A DNA stretch of 63,579 nucleotides, counting the filler, from Octopus bimaculoides (Eukaryota), in assembly GCF_001194135.2 (NCBI RefSeq). It is 5 parts of 5 records of this genome, joined end to end, with 100 filler letters (N's around TTAATTAATTAA, not from the genome) between each part and the next. Parts side by side here need not be neighbours in the genome. Positions count along the whole stretch, not along the records: positions 14,600 to 36,918 come from NC_068985.1; positions 37,019 to 46,789 come from NC_068983.1; 3 more parts are not named here. One strand, 5' to 3'. Positions within the stretch are counted from its first letter, which is position 1; each line of letters opens with the position of its first letter. Shown piece after piece: positions 27,045-39,654 of this stretch. A program made the translations under genes and the position numbers. The notes below the pieces were generated by a model that was not told the DNA's origin, did not search any database, and saw nothing but the letters and a program-made list of their open reading frames with translations.

Positions 27045-28782
27045 ACATTGCCTACAGTGATCATAATATGTATATTACCTACAATAATCCTAGATACGTA
27101 TATTACCTATAATGATCATACCATTCCTCTCAACAATAATTAAAGTCGAGACATATATACTTTCGATGATTGGTTAGTTTATACTGGGCCGTAGTAAACT
27201 CCTATTCTGGCAGATAGATGGAGTCAAATGGATAAAAATTCGGATTATAACATTACAAATGTTTGTGAGTTTGGTTGGTTCGATCTAGACACGTCGGAGG
27301 AAGAGAGGAGCTGAGTGAGGTACGAAGGAGTAGAATAATGAAAGTTCTCAGTTGTAGTGTGAAGCACTTTCTAATAAGTTTGAAGATGTTTTATGTGGGT
27401 GCATAATATCATCGACTACCTTGCAATATATGTGGGAACATGGAAATAGTGGCAACAGAGAACGAAAGGTAGACTGTATGACGCATTGTTAGGCCGTTGT
27501 TGAAGTAATGGACTCCTAGTCCTTGTCAGAGCATCTGACTGGGATAAAGATACTCTGATGCAACACCAAAATCGTTCAGTTTTTGGACGTCTCACCCAAT
27601 GTGCATGCTTGATTTACTATAATAAGTTTCATATTAAAGACCTTTTAGAACCACTAATAGACAGAATCTTTCAAAAGTGGTGGTTGCTACTGCATCAGTT
27701 AGTGTATCACGTACACCTGGGATGTCGAAATACCATTACTTACGTAGTTTCGCACATGATTGTACATTAATTTTTATTGGTCATTGTATCTGTGGAAAGG
27801 ATATCCACGTGTTTTTTTTTTCTCGGCGGTTAACTGACTGAATATCACTTAATGTGGAAATCTGTCTACTTTCATCCTACCTTCAGGTTTTAACATTCGG
27901 AGCCAGTGTTTCATCAGGGCTGATTTCATGATTCGAGTGTTGTTTATCTTATATTTTTTAAGACAGCGTGTCTAGATATGGAGTTCTTTCATTTCAAGGC
28001 GTGGAACTTTTGTTGATGGAAATAATCCAGCTTTTTGATGTTCCAACAATAAAGTGTTCATGTTTCGCAATAATATAGTAATGTTGAGATAACTACAGCT
28101 TGGTAGAACATTAGTTTTGTTTGTGGGGTTAGATGTTAAAGACCTGGATTGCCACCAATTTTCCAAATACTGGATATGCTGAATGTACACACACACACAT
28201 ACACAGGTAACTAGCTAGAAATGCGCGTATTAATATGTCCGTGAAATACAAAAGTTAAATGTATTTGTCAATGTGTGTGTGTATGTGTGTTCGTGTGTGC
28301 GCTTGTGTGTCTGCGTGATAAGATGTCACTATTTTATGTTTATATATATATAGAAAATTAAATGTGTGGGGACATCTAAGTAGATATATATCTGCGCATA
28401 TATATATTTATGTGAAGGCATAGGTATGTTTTTATCTTTGTCTATACCTGTAAGTGTAGTAGCTCTATATATCTAGGTATATATGTGAATTATGTACCGT
28501 TTAGTAAGCTTATGTATATGAGTGTGCACGCCCGCGCGTGTCTGTATGAAATTATATCTACGTGTATGTGTGTAGCTGCTAGTATGTTGGATGGTATGTG
28601 GCCACTCTGAGTGCTGGTGTATTTACTAGAGTATCATATTGCATGTGGATCAAGGGGAGAACCCCATGCCAAAAAATGTATATTTAACATACACGCTGCT
28701 GAATGTAGTCACTAGATGTAAACACGGCAGCCAAGAATCGAAACGTAGATAATTCTACAAATTAGGAGCCAATAAAAGAATA

Positions 28783-28813
<31 letters not shown>

Positions 28814-29268
28814 GTGTATGTATGTATGTATGTATGTATGTATTCTTTTACTTTTATTCTTTTACTTGTTTCAGTCGTTTGGCAGCGGCCATGTGAAATC
28901 CTGTGTTGAAACAGATATTGTTATACTTGGAATGGTAATCTTTTGCCGATTAAACACATGCACTATTTATTTGAACTTGACTTTAAATTTATTATTAATT
29001 TTTTAGTTTACTTCTCAAAGTTTTCTTCACATATTCTGTGACCTCTTCAACGACATTCTGTCGCACGCGGCTCCTCTTGTTCTGTCTATATTATTTCGTC
29101 TCTCTGTGGTGTGCATCCGTATCTGCACATGCGGTTACGTTTGTATCTGAGTATTCATGTGTTTAGTATGTGTCTTGTGTGCGTGTATATGGGTTTGTAC
29201 ACTGCATTGCTTGTACCTGTGTCTTTTATTTACTTATTTATTTAATTTTTCTTTTCTCATTCTGTCTT

Positions 29269-29307
<39 letters not shown>

Positions 29308-29550
29308 TTGTGTGCATGTATATAGGTTTGTATATTACACTGTACCAGCCGCTTTTATTTATATTATGTATTCGATCCTAGGCTGCCATGTTTGCACCTA
29401 GTGGCTACATTCAGTGTGTATGTATATATATATTGGATCATTCCATTAATAACGCAGTCTTTTCAACTGCATGAACTAAAAGTCGGAGGGGGACGGGATA
29501 AACTGCCTGCATCAACTTGCTATAAAAGCAGGTAGTCATTTTACCTCGTA

Positions 29551-31225
29551 TTTTCTCTTAGTGCAATTTTTATTCTAAGCACAAGTTCTCCTTTTTTGTC
29601 GTTTGGTGAGTTGAAGTTTAAATTATTGATTGCTGTTAATTGAATTATTGTCATTTGAACTGCGTTGGCAGCGGTGTCAAGTTGTGCTTTCTCTCGATAA
29701 ATTCTAGAGATAGTCATGGCTAAAAGGAATTTTTTTAATTCGGACCTTAGTGGTTCCAAAATATCCTCTTCGGAGGAGGAATTAATTAAAGCTACGAACA
29801 AGTTGGACAAGTGTTTGCAAAAAAGAAGTTTCGCGGAAATGACGGAGATAAAAAAACAAAGAAATAAACATGATAAACGTCAAGGAACACCAAACGATGG
29901 CAAGCAGAGTGGGTGGTAATGTGAAGTTATCACCGCCAGAGAGGAATATGGAGGACATGGCAAGGGAAACCATCGTCTATAAAGTGTATGCAGTGGAAGT
30001 GAAAAAGATAGTTCAAGTGGAGGCGGAAGTAATAGAAAAAGCGTTGAACGCAGTACACAAAGATATTGTGTTCATGTCGAGAGGTAATAAATTTGGACCA
30101 GTAGTTGTCCAATACAGGTGAGAAGAAATAGCAAGGAGAAAGGCAGGAATCATAATAAAGACAAATAATGTGGTACAATTGCTCACGTACCTTGGAAGGA
30201 AGACATCAACGATAAAAGTTGAGGGAATCCCACCAGATATAGACGCAGTTTGGGTCGCGGCGGCTGTCCTATATTGAAACATGGAGGAGGTGGTTGTTCT
30301 ACAAGCCTCAGAAACTGAGGAAACAAGATGGAAAGGGAAGAAACTAGAACTCGTGGTGCAGGCAGACATGGAAGCTTTAGAAAGTTTAGCCGAAACAATG
30401 ACTGTAGGAAAGGTGATTTTGAGTGTATGGGTGGAGGGCAGGATACCTCGGTGTTATAAAAGTGGATAAAAAGGCCACATTAGAGCACACTGCCCTCTGC
30501 AGAAACAAAATATAGATAGGATGGAGAAGTTTGAAAAGAAACAAGAGGGGCAAATGGAGGAAAAGGAGAGAGAGGAAGTATGGACATTGGCAGAGAAAAG
30601 AAAGAAAAAGGAAAAAAGGTCAGTATGAAATGGAACCCCCAATCCACCCACACCCTCTCAGACCCACCCCCTCTCTCAGACCCACCCCCTCTCTCAGACN
30701 NNNNNNNNNNNNNNNNNNNNNNNNNNNNNNNNNNNNNNNNNNNNNNNNNNNNNNNNNNNNNNNNNNNNNNNNNNNNNNNNNNNNNNNNNNNNNNNNNNNN
30801 NNNNNNNNNNGTGACTGGTTGGAGAACGGGAAAATATGTGGATATGGAAGGACAAGCAAGTGTAGTGGGTTGGGACATGTGTCTGTTGGTATCGCAAGTT
30901 CAAAAGGATGTAATTGTTAAATATAAAAGGGGATATAAGTGTCGGAAGACGGACATAGATATTAAAAGGATACCGGCAAGAATAGGGTACGAGGAGCTAC
31001 GAGAACATTTTAATCTGGACGTTCTAAAAGTATCAGGACTTGAAAAGAAGTGATGTTGCTAGACCTGGGGGTAGCAGCTCATTTTCATTTACTCATTTTC
31101 ATGAATCATACATATCATAATTGAATTGTTTTTTATTTTAATTTTTTTGTGTTATATGTCCCCACATGTGTTTGTGTTGTCCCATCTGTGTTGGGCCATT
31201 GTGAGCAATAAAAAATCAATTTTTT
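29551..31225 (+). mobile_element. ORF1-only retroelement-like unit 1: decayed L1/Tx1-type ORF1 with CCHC knuckle and C-terminal unknown domain
   Basis: Reading frame from ATG 29716 to stop 31053, with a frameshift and stops. Contains ...VVVQYR*EEIARR...TSTIKVEGIPPDI...RWKGKKLE...VWVEGRIPRCYKSG*KGHIRAHCP (C-x2-[C>S]-x4-H-x4-C). No EN or RT follows; a T-rich trailer with AATAAA is at 31207. Confidence 0.65.
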
Positions 31226-32188
31226 CTTAGAGCAATTTTTGAAGAGTGTAGTTCGTATTGCTGTTGTGTAATTATTGGTGTTTAAATACTGTTGTTTGAA
31301 TTGTAGTGTTCGCTGAACACTTTAGTTTTTGCTGCTTTGTGGCAGTCTGGTTGTGCTTTCCCTCCTCATGGAGGAGGGTAAGCCAAGTGTAAAAATGGAA
31401 TATATCAGGGACTCAGCAGCTACACTGAGCTGTCCGATTCCGAACAGTCAGGCCTATCAGACATTTCATGGACCACTATGAACGAAAAGGCAAGACAAGA
31501 TAGAAGATTCGTAGAGATGGCAAAGATATCAGAGTACCATATGGAATGGAACGAATGGAAGGGCTATTCAAAAATGATGAAGTGGGAAGGAACTAAAGTG
31601 GAAGTGAGCGCTCCAATAGAAGTAATTAACAGGATGGAATGCACAGTAATATATAAAACACACTCGGTATACATTCAGACACAAGCCGTTCAACCTCCCC
31701 ACCTCCCGAAAAAAAGAAAAAAAAGCAACTATACGATTATGTATGACAATACTAATGTAGGTCTATGTGAGGAAATAAAAACACGGACAAATATAAGATC
31801 GGTGAACACTCGCAAATTCGAAATGTGCAAGGGTGGCATTGCTACCTGTTGTTAGACGAAGATCAGAAGGTAAAAATTCAAAAATTCAAAAGCAGATGTA
31901 AAATGTGGGAAGTGGAACTAGACATTGAAAAGTTACCATGGGACATGGATTACATGCAACTACTAAAGGAGTACGAGTTCGACATCTTAGAATGTACTAA
32001 GTACAAGAAAAAATGAACAAAGGTAAAAATGAAGTAACTCAGAGAGAAAACTTCATTTCATCTCTAATTTTCATTTTGATTCTTTTTCTTCTTTCGTTGT
32101 TTTTTTTTTATTTGTTATATGTCCCCACATGCCCTTGTATTGTCCCATCTATGTCGGCCCCTTGTGGGCAATAAAAAATCAATTTTCT
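31226..32188 (+). mobile_element. ORF1-only retroelement-like unit 2 (C-terminal domain plus trailer)
   Basis: Same leader motifs as unit 1 (tttttcttag-agcaattttt; ttgtgctttc). The 61 aa ending at stop 32016 align without gaps to the unit-1 C-terminus (19/61 identical). Trailer 32114-32193 repeats 31151-31230. Confidence 0.6.
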
Positions 32189-32996
32189 CTTAGGGCAAGT
32201 TTGCCTTGGATCAGTCTAATGTGTATGTGAGTGTTGCATTGTTGGATTCTTTATTGTTGGAACTCCTCTGCGTTTTTGTTGTTATATTGTTAATGTTCTG
32301 CGTTTTGCAGACTTTTGAACATTTTCCCCCTCGTTTGAGGTGGAAAATTGTTATTTTTGCTATCTTTATACCATTTGTGGGAATTTTAATCCCCAGCCAT
32401 GAGTTGCTCCTCCGTTGAGGAAAAACACTACTGCAGCAGGTGTCGCTAGATAAAAAAATTAATATTGAACCAGAAGTGATAAATCAACACAAAGAAATGT
32501 TTCAAAGATAAGGGTACGAGTTGAAAGCGAAATAACAGAAAATACAACACAGAAGATTATAATGTACAAAGGCTACGTGGTGAAACCAAAAAAAAAAAAA
32601 TAATAATTAGAAATCGCAGCAAAAGAAGATGTAGAGAAATGTCTACAACCGATTTGGTCAGACATTACATTTGTCACAAGAGGCAAAAAATTCGCGACAA
32701 TTGTGGTACATTTTAAAAGTGAAGAAAAAGCCAGGCAACATTCCATAAAACCACTTAGAACAGCTGAGGTAGTGCTGCTCCCGACCTACCTGGGAAGGCA
32801 CACTCCAAATATAACGGTAGGAGAAATTCCTCGCGAGATGGACGTTACCTGGCTTTGCGCAACACTCATTACGGGCTTAGAGGATAAAATATCGACCATC
32901 GAAGCCACAAAAATCGAGCAGCAAAACTGGAAAGGCCAAAGGCTCGAAATAATTATTCACGCAGCCCCTGCCCACCTCGAAGAAATCGCCGACACT
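32189..32996 (+). mobile_element. ORF1-only retroelement-like unit 3 (N-terminal RRM-like region, 3'-truncated)
   Basis: ...EKCLQPIWSDITFVTRGKKFATIVVHFKSEEKARQH...PTYLGRHTPNITVGEIP...NWKGQRLEI aligns to unit 1 (27/64 identical in the core). Confidence 0.65.
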
Positions 32997-33069
32997 CACA
33001 CATGTCTATACAAATTAATACATATCGGGGTGTGATTAGTGGAGCAATATGACAAAGTAAGGTAAGTTA

Positions 33070-33106
<37 letters not shown>

Positions 33107-33164
33107 TACGTACATACATACATATACGTATGCATAAATATGCATGTATTAATATGTATACATA

Positions 33165-34085
33165 AAGGGGCTGGACAAAATAATGGAAACGTCTTAAAAT
33201 TTCAAACAAATTCATTTTGATATGGGGTAGGACCGCCTTTGGCAGTAATTATAGCTTGAATTCTACAAGCTATGAACTCGTACAAAGTTTGAATTGTTTC
33301 CAAAGGAATTTTTGTCCATTCTTCAGCTAAAACAGTTTCCACTTCTTGTAGTGATGATGGTGGAGGATATCGACTCCATACGTGTTTTTTCTAAAATGCA
33401 CCATAAATGTTCAATAATTTTGAGATATGGGGACTGTGGTAGCTAGATAAGATGTTCAACTTCACTAGAATGTTCCTCGTGCCATTCAGTAACAACTTTA
33501 GCTGTGTGAATTGGTGCATTATCATCCTGATAGATTGTGCTTCCCTCCGGAAACAGTTCCGCAACCACAGGATGAATTTGATCAGATAAAATGCTTAAAT
33601 AGTCTTGACTGTTAATTCTACCATGAAGGGAAACCATTGAGCTGGCGAATTTCCAAGATATAGCCCCACAGATCATCACATATCCTCCTCCATGTTTAAC
33701 AGCTGTAAGAAGGCAGTCTGGGTCAAATGCTTCTTTTGGTTGTCTCCACACGTATACTCAGCCTGTGGTTGGAAATAAGGTAAAGGATGACTCGTCCGAG
33801 AAAATAACATTCTTCCGCTGCTCTAGGAACCAATTCTGTATGTTTTTACTCTACAAAAAACGCTTTGCAACGTTTGTTTTTGAAAGTAGTGGTTTTGTGA
33901 TTGCAGCCCTCCCGTGAAATCCGGCTTTGAGCAGCTCCCGGCAAACAGTTTTTGTGGAAACTAGGTCCCCCAGGTGGTCATTAAGCTCTGCAGTAATTTT
34001 GGAAGCTGTACTCTTGTGATCCTCTCTAACAACTCGCGTAAGAGTCCGACGGTCCCTATCTGAAAGTTTTAGTTTTTTGTGGAGT
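33165..34085 (-). mobile_element. Tc1-like transposon remnant with DD36E spacing; 5' part in gap
   Basis: KHGGGYVMICGAISW...IYQDDNAPIHTAKVVTEWHEEHSSEVEHLI*LPQSPYLKIIEHLW. TIR-like end TA-aaggggctggacaaaataatggaaac at 33163. Confidence 0.88.
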
Positions 34086-34951
34086 NNNNNNNNNNNNNNN
34101 NNNNNNNNNNNNNNNNNNNNNNNNNNNNNNNNNNNNNNNNNNNNNNNNNNNNNNNNNNNNNNNNNNNNNNNNNNNNNNNNNNNNNNNNNNNNNNNNNNNN
34201 NNNNNNNNNNNNNNNNNNNNNNNNNNNNNNNNNNNNNNNNNNNNNNNNNNNNNNNNNNNNNNNNNNNNNNNNNNNNNNNNNNNNNNNNNNNNNNNNNNNN
34301 NNNNNNNNNNNNNNNNNNNNNNNNNNNNNNNNNNNNNNNNNNNNNNNNNNNNNNNNNNNNNNNNNNNNNNNNNNNNNNNNNNNNNNNNNNNNNNNNNNNN
34401 NNNNNNNNNNNNNNNNNNNNNNNNNNNNNNNNNNNNNNNNNNNNNNNNNNNNNNNNNNNNNNNNNNNNNNNNNNNNNNNNNNNNNNNNNNNNNNNNNNNN
34501 NNNNNNNNNNNNNNNNNNNNNNNNNNNNNNNNNNNNNNNNNNNNNNNNNNNNNNNNNNNNNNNNNNNNNNNNNNNNNNNNNNNNNNNNNNNNNNNNNNNN
34601 NNNNNNNNNNNNNNNNNNNNNNNNNNNNNNNNNNNNNNNNNNNNNNNNNNNNNNNNNNNNNNNNNNNNNNNNNNNNNNNNNNNNNNNNNNNNNNNNNNNN
34701 NNNNNNNNNNNNNNNNNNNNNNNNNNNNNNNNNNNNNNNNNNNNNNNNNNNNNNNNNNNNNNNNNTATATATTATATATTCCATATTCTATATCCCACAT
34801 TAATTTTACAAGAATATAAATAAAACATAAAAAACAGACAGAGTTGGAACTCTTTTAAATAAAATAATATATTCCTCTATACACGATCATACAAAAGCCT
34901 TTTTTTGTATTTATTTTTACTCACACACACACACACACATACACGCGCACA

Positions 34952-35004
<53 letters not shown>

Positions 35005-35886
35005 GTATATATGTACAGCAATGCAACTACACACGTGCCGTTGCCGATTTCTTTTACTTCTTTGGACCTTTTCCTTTCTCCTTTCCGACGAAGCGCTATA
35101 CTCGAAATGTCAAATTCTCTCTTTTTACCGAGCATTAAACTAATATATCTCTTGTACACGTCCTCTTCTTGCCTGTTAATGTTATTATTCGTTTACTTGA
35201 ATTGATTGTTTATTTGAACTGATTTTGTGTGTGTGTGTATGCGTGTGTGTGTGTGTGTATGTGTGTATGTGTGTGTGTGTGTAAACAAATTTTTTATGAT
35301 GTACTTGTCTCCGTATTCTTTATAATTGTTTGAAATTATATATACCTATATATATATAATTATGAAATTATGAAAATTTTAACATAAATATAGATAGATA
35401 GATAGGTAGGTAGATAGATAGACAGACAGACAGATAGATGCATGTATATACATATATCCATATCCATATATATGTTTACGTGGAGTGTCTACAAGTATAT
35501 CAAGATGCTTGTATATCATCGATATGGCTATTTAGTATTACACGCATACAGATATTCACTATTCGAGAATACCGTTTGTTTATGTTATGTGAACTATCTA
35601 TTAAAGATGCACGCACTCATACACACAAACGTACATGCAACCGCTCGCGCGCACACACACACTCATACTCGCACACAGAATTATATACACATGCTGTGGC
35701 ATGTCAGGATAAAAAAAGACAAAAAAAAAAACACATGGCATGAATACATTTATGCTGCTTCTTTCACAAGAATTAAAGCTTGGGCTTTTTATTCCTGGAG
35801 GCCTGAAATCACCGCATCCGGTTTATGGGTGTTAGAGGTGTTGTAAAAAACTGGAACGAAACTTTTGAATAGACAATATACAACCA

Positions 35887-36057
35887 GGCACTGGAGTGGC
35901 TGTGTGGTAAGTAGCTTGCTTACCAACCACATGGTTCCGGGTTCAGTCCCACTGCGTGGCACCTTGGGCAAGTGCCTTCTACTATAGCCTCGGGCCGACC
36001 AAAGCCTTGTGAGTGGATTTGGTAGATGGAAACTGAAAGAATCCCGTCATATATATG

Positions 36058-36090
<33 letters not shown>

Positions 36091-36310
36091 AGTGTATATG
36101 TTTGTGTGTCTGTGTTTGTCTCCCCCCCCCCAACATCGCTTGACAACCGATGCTGGTGTGTTTATGTCCCCGTAACTCAGCGGCTAGGCAAAAGAGACCG
36201 ATAGAATAAGTACTAGGCTAACAAAGAATAAGTCCTTTGCTCGACTAAAGGCAGTGCTCCAGCATGGCCGCAGTCAAATGACTGAAACAAGTGAAAGAGA
36301 GTAAAAGAGT
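35887..36310 (+). mobile_element. Full-length CORE-type tRNA SINE, family B (resembles Octopus OR-type SINEs)
   Basis: tRNA-like head ggagtggctgtgtggtaag...ggttcagtccc, CORE-like gcaccttgggcaagtg, internal (TA)n/(TG)n, and a 3' half ending gaaacaagtgaaagagagtaaaagagt. The family name is from memory and was not checked. Confidence 0.85.
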
Positions 36311-36869
36311 AACGAAATGATTAGTTCGACTGCATCTTTTGTCTATATTTTTCAGCCATGAATTTTGTACCAGTATTTATTTATTTATTTATGACTACGT
36401 GTCTAAGATCTATTAACCGGATATGATAGTTTCAATCCGCCTGTAATAAAGAGCCTTTGCTATATTCTTCCACTTATTCATGTCCGATTACTGTTAATTT
36501 CCCTTTACACACTTGGAAGGTTTGAATGTTATGAGACTAAATTTATATTATATAAATTATACATACCTGTATGTGTATGTATACGTACATATATATGAGT
36601 GTATGTGCTTGTGTGTGTATGTGTGTATGCTTGTGTGTGTGTGTGTGTGTGTGTGTGAGAGTGGGCTACTGCGTGTATATGTACATATATTTGTAAAAGT
36701 TCTCGGAAAGATATATAGAGATATTTAATCTTGTGTTATTGAGTATAAAGTATTGTGAACCCAGGTTACTACATTGCATTACTGGCACGATATAAATCAT
36801 TCGCGTATTTCTCTCTCCCCCTCTCTCTTTTTCTCTGTGTTGTGTGTGTGCATACGTATATGCAAATGC

Positions 36870-36918
<49 letters not shown>

Positions 36919-37018
36919 NNNNNNNNNNNNNNNNNNNNNNNNNNNNNNNNNNNNNNNNNNNNTTAATTAATTAANNNNNNNNNNNNNNNNNNNNNNNNNN
37001 NNNNNNNNNNNNNNNNNN

Positions 37019-37044
<26 letters not shown>

Positions 37045-37049
<5 letters not shown>

Positions 37050-37140
37050 TCATCATCATTGTTATCATCATCATTTAAACTCCGCTTTCCATGGTGGCAT
37101 GGGTTGGATGGTTTGACTGGAACTGGTAAGCTGGGGCTGT
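37045..37140 (-). mobile_element. 3' tail of retroposon family C ((GAT)n-tailed)
   Basis: catcatcatttaaactccgctttccatggtggcatgggttggatgg is the reverse complement of the 45200-45277 tail. Confidence 0.65.
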
Positions 37141-37565
37141 AATAAAAGACTTTCACCTGGAGTACCATGCAGTAGGACTCAACCCAGAGCCATGTGGTTC
37201 GGAAAGCAAACTTCTTAATCACACAGCCATGCCTGCAGATGACATATGATCACAGAAAATTATATCAAACAAATATTTGACAATTTGGAAACTTCTGGAA
37301 GTTTCTGAAGCCATAAATGCCATTGTTTATTCTGGAAACATTAAATGGGTTGGAAAATTTCATCGAAGAGAAAGACATGGCTTATATGAGAATGGCACTT
37401 GTTTGCAGTTATTATACAATGTCAAGACAAAGAAATACAAATACGCATTCATATGTGTGTGTGTGTCTGTGTGTGTGTGTGTGTGTGGGTAAATTGTTGC
37501 CATTTTGTATTTCTAATTTTGCACATGTGCATTGTTTTTTTTTTGACTTTGTCGACTACACAGTA

Positions 37566-38348
37566 TAATAGGGTCAGTTGGGCACTGTCTGTGAGAAAAA
37601 CAAAACCATGACGCGATTCACTCTGCCAGAAATTTGGAAACGATATGCTGTGCTGCTTGGCATTTGTGCCGGAAGCTCCAGTACGAACATTTCAGAGTGT
37701 TTGGGTGTCAATCTGAGGACATCTACCAAATTTTAAAAACTCAAACATCCAATCAACATCATGGTGTTTGGAGTGATCACTAGTGATGGTGATGTTATGC
37801 CTCCATTCATCTTCCAACACGGTTTCAGGCTCAACATGGAGGCCTATATCAAGTGCCTGGAGGAGGAAGTAATGCCCTGGTTCAAGAGGGTGACTGCTGC
37901 AAGACCCTATGTCTGGCAACAGGACACTGCACCATGCCACACAAACAGGAGAACCCAGTCATGGCTGTTAGACAATTTCGGCGACCACATCACCTGTAAC
38001 ATCTGGCCAATTAACTCCCCAGACTGCAACCCCCTTGATTATCATGTGTGAGACGCAGTTGAGCAAGAGACCAACAAAACTCCTTGTAACACCAAAGATG
38101 TACTGAAGGCAAGGATTATGGCAGCATTCACCAACTTAAACAAGCAGACCATCCAGAAGAGTTGCAGGAGATTCCAAAGTCGTCTGGAGGCTGTGGTTGA
38201 AGCCAATGGCGATTTTATTAAATAAATTTACTCTTTAGTATTTCAAGATATTCTTATATAATTTTGGTAAATATATCTGTTAAAATAAGATGTTAGTGTT
38301 ATTTTCATTTTTGTATAATTTAGATGACAGTTTATTCATTGCAGCCTG
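37566..38348 (+). mobile_element. Internally deleted DD37D (maT-type) Tc1/mariner transposon
   Basis: N-terminal MTRFTLPEIWKRYAVLLG...LGVNLRT is fused to KHPINIMVFGVITSDG...WQQDTAPCH...WPINSPDCNPLDY; I count 37 residues between the second and third catalytic Asp. Confidence 0.85.
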
Positions 38349-39654
38349 NNNNNNNNNNNNNNNNNNNNNNNNNNNNNNNNNNNNNNNNNNNNNNNNNNNN
38401 NNNNNNNNNNNNNNNNNNNNNNNNNNNNNNNNNNNNNNNNNNNNNNNNNNNNNNNNNNNNNNNNNNNNNNNNNNNNNNNNNNNNNNNNNNNNNNNNNNNN
38501 NNNNNNNNNNNNNNNNNNNNNNNNNNNNNNNNNNNNNNNNNNNNNNNNNNNNNNNNNNNNNNNNNNNNNNNNNNNNNNNNNNNNNNNNNNNNNNNNNNNN
38601 NNNNNNNNNNNNNNNNNNNNNNNNNNNNNNNNNNNNNNNNNNNNNNNNNNNNNNNNNNNNNNNNNNNNNNNNNNNNNNNNNNNNNNNNNNNNNNNNNNNN
38701 NNNNNNNNNNNNNNNNNNNNNNNNNNNNNNNNNNNNNNNNNNNNNNNNNNNNNNNGGCTACCGAATAATTGTCACATTATTTACAGATAAATTCCTCTAT
38801 TTACATAATATCGAAGTCTCTTTCTTTCTTTTGTTGTCTTACCTTTTCTATCAATATATATATATATTTATAGGTGAGTGGACAAATGAAAGAAAAAGCA
38901 CTCTCAATGCATTTTGTAGGAATTGCATGTATTAATATTAAAAGCAGTTTGATGTGGTTCCATGTATCTTAAAGTTTTGTGAGCTTCTAGTAGCAACCTG
39001 TCTCTTTCAGGCTTAGATTATCAAATTTGCTAGAAGCTTGTGAAACTTTAAGTTACATGAAGCCAAATAAAACTGTTTTAAATAATAATAATAATAATAA
39101 TAATGATAATAATAATAATGATAATAATAATAATAATAATAATAATAATATACATATATGTATATGTATGTACAGGGTGTCCATAAATTATGTTTACAAT
39201 TTGAAAAATTCAGGAAAAAAATTAAATAATCTCATCCTTGGAAAATATAATCAAACAAATAAATTATACTTTAACCTTTTGACTCCTGATATAAGGCCAT
39301 CTTCCCTTCTCTCAGATGTACTCCAACTCAATGGAGGGATCTCTTTCTTTTTTTGTGTGTCTTGCAAGTTTCTTAGCAATCTCCCTAGTGTTGGTGTTAT
39401 GAAAAAATCTCCCAGTACACCTGTACTATAAAGTGTTTGGCATTAGGAAGGGCATGAAGTTGCAGAAACCATGCTAAAGCTGATATTGAAGCGTCATGCA
39501 GCTCTATACGCTGTCAGTCTGTTGAACCCATGCAAGGACACCTACAGCTCACCAGTTTCTGCCTGTCAGGCTGTCCAACCCATGCCAACATGGATAACGG
39601 ATGATAAATAGCGATGATGATAATTTGTATGTATGTTCTTTTTATGTTTTTGTT

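Noticed and set aside
27180-27700. Possible LINE 3'-end remnant on the minus strand
   Set aside because: Only vague peptide resemblance across several frames.
31150-32200. Reading the repeated trailer as LTRs (it begins TGTTA)
   Set aside because: No polypurine tract or primer-binding site was seen, the upstream sequence is T-rich, and the protein is LINE ORF1-like. It is not fully excluded.
35887-35960. tRNA gene calls for SINE heads (also at 4093, 9416, 13910 and others)
   Set aside because: A/B boxes are present, but no cloverleaf could be folded and each head continues into a shared SINE body.
39172-39425. TA-cagggtgtcc TIR-like start of another DNA transposon
   Set aside because: No partner TIR or transposase motif was found.
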